A stretch of 459 nucleotides of DNA from a phage: the sequence record OQ440158.1; one strand, given 5' to 3'. The position numbers and the translations under genes are program-made. Positions 1-459 of this stretch are shown in pieces (within the stretch, counting starts at the first letter, position 1; each line of letters begins with the position of its first letter). The notes beneath the pieces were generated by a model. That model ran no database searches, was not told the DNA's origin, and saw nothing but the letters and a program-made list of their open reading frames with translations.

Positions 1-459
1 ATGGTAAGTAAGGTACAATTCAACCCACGGTCCAGGACTGACGCTATCTTCGTTCACTGTTCTGCTACCAAGCCAGATATGGACATAGGGGTAGATACCA
101 TCCGTATGTGGCACAAGCAGCAAGGCTGGCTGGACGTAGGCTACCATTTTATCATCAAGCGTGACGGCACTGTGGAAGATGGTCGCCCGGTAAATGTCGT
201 AGGGTCACACGTTAAGGACTGGAACTCACGGTCAGTAGGCGTCTGCCTTGTAGGTGGAATCAATGCTAAGGGTCAGTTTGAAGCTAACTTCACTCCGTCC
301 CAGATGAACTCCCTGCGCAACAAGCTGGCTGACCTGAAGGCCCTGTATCCTCAGGCAGAAATCAAAGCACACCATGACGTAGCACCGAAGGCGTGTCCAA
401 GTTTCGACTTGCAGCGCTGGCTATCTACCAATGAACTGGTAACTTCCGACCGTGGTTAA
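1..459 (+). CDS. 3.5: T7 gp3.5-type lysozyme: zinc-dependent N-acetylmuramoyl-L-alanine amidase (Amidase_2/PGRP fold), probable phage RNA polymerase inhibitor
   Basis: Seen in sequence: full-window ORF, ATG at 1-3, TAA at 457-459, 152 aa, no in-frame stops. The translation carries long blocks that match T7/T3 lysozyme as I recall it: DAIFVHCSATKP (aa 14-25), QGWLDVGYHFIIKRDGTVE (aa 41-59), VGSH (aa 67-70), GVCLVGG (aa 80-86), ANFTP (aa 95-99), and the C-terminal HHDVAPKACPSFDL.RW...NELVTSDRG (aa 124-152). Length is within one residue of T7 lysozyme (151 aa). Established knowledge: T7 lysozyme is an amidase with Zn ligands His/His/Cys and also binds T7 RNA polymerase. The homology is from memory, not a database search. 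Confidence 0.95.
   Translation: MVSKVQFNPRSRTDAIFVHCSATKPDMDIGVDTIRMWHKQQGWLDVGYHFIIKRDGTVEDGRPVNVVGSHVKDWNSRSVGVCLVGGINAKGQFEANFTPSQMNSLRNKLADLKALYPQAEIKAHHDVAPKACPSFDLQRWLSTNELVTSDRG
37..420 (+). other. Amidase_2 / PGRP-like catalytic domain (approximate boundaries) within the lysozyme CDS
   Basis: Inference from the position of the conserved blocks listed for the CDS. Predicted Zn ligands are His19 (nt 55-57, cac), His124 (nt 370-372, cac) and Cys132 (nt 394-396, tgt). Predicted catalytic residues are Tyr48 (nt 142-144, tac) and Lys130 (nt 388-390, aag). These correspond to T7 His17, His122, Cys130, Tyr46 and Lys128. Domain boundaries are approximate. Confidence 0.75.

Noticed and set aside
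79-81. Internal in-frame ATG codons (Met27 at nt 79-81, Met36 at nt 106-108) as alternative starts
   Set aside because: Starting there would delete the conserved DAIFVHCSAT block containing the predicted Zn ligand His19. Homology to T7 lysozyme extends to codon 1.
205-230. Searched for an internal T7-type phage promoter (consensus TAATACGACTCACTATAGGGAGA) or similar class III promoter on either strand
   Set aside because: No convincing match. The closest stretches (for example ggaactcacggtcagtagg) share only a few scattered bases with the consensus.
412-419. Perfect 8-bp palindrome cagcgctg (contains AGCGCT) near the 3' end
   Set aside because: Palindromes of this length are expected by chance in a window of this size. 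It lies inside the codons for the conserved LQRW motif and has no flanking structure to suggest a terminator or operator.
1-459. Possibility that the window encodes a novel or undescribed system, as suggested by the task framing
   Set aside because: The entire window is accounted for by one ORF with unmistakable similarity to the well-characterised T7 lysozyme family. No unexplained sequence remains.
1-459. Complete absence of GATC (Dam) sites in the window
   Set aside because: T7 is known to be GATC-poor, so this is consistent with a T7-like origin. However, only about two sites would be expected by chance in 459 bp, so zero is not statistically meaningful here.
1-459. Reverse-strand or alternative-frame coding potential, CRISPR repeats, tRNA-like structure
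   Set aside because: The six-frame track reports only the + strand frame-1 ORF. No direct repeats or cloverleaf-compatible segments were seen on manual inspection.

Overview
The window is a single complete 152-codon ORF (nt 1-459, + strand, ATG to TAA) that fills it end to end. I recognise the translation as a phage T7 gene 3.5-type lysozyme, a zinc-dependent N-acetylmuramoyl-L-alanine amidase of the Amidase_2/PGRP fold. In T7 this protein is both the endolysin-like cell wall amidase and the inhibitor of the phage RNA polymerase. Blocks such as DAIFVHCSAT, GWLDVGYHFIIKRDGTVE, GVCLVGG, ANFTP and HH-VAPKACPSFDL..W...NELVTSDRG match my recollection of the T7 and T3 proteins, and the residues corresponding to the T7 zinc ligands and catalytic Tyr/Lys are all present. 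The protein is clearly diverged from T7 and T3 themselves, so the source is most likely a different T7-like podovirus (Autographiviridae) or a closely related prophage gene. No flanking sequence is present, so no promoter, RBS, terminator or neighbouring genes can be assessed. I see no evidence of a novel or undescribed system; this is a well-characterised protein family and the observations below are modest.
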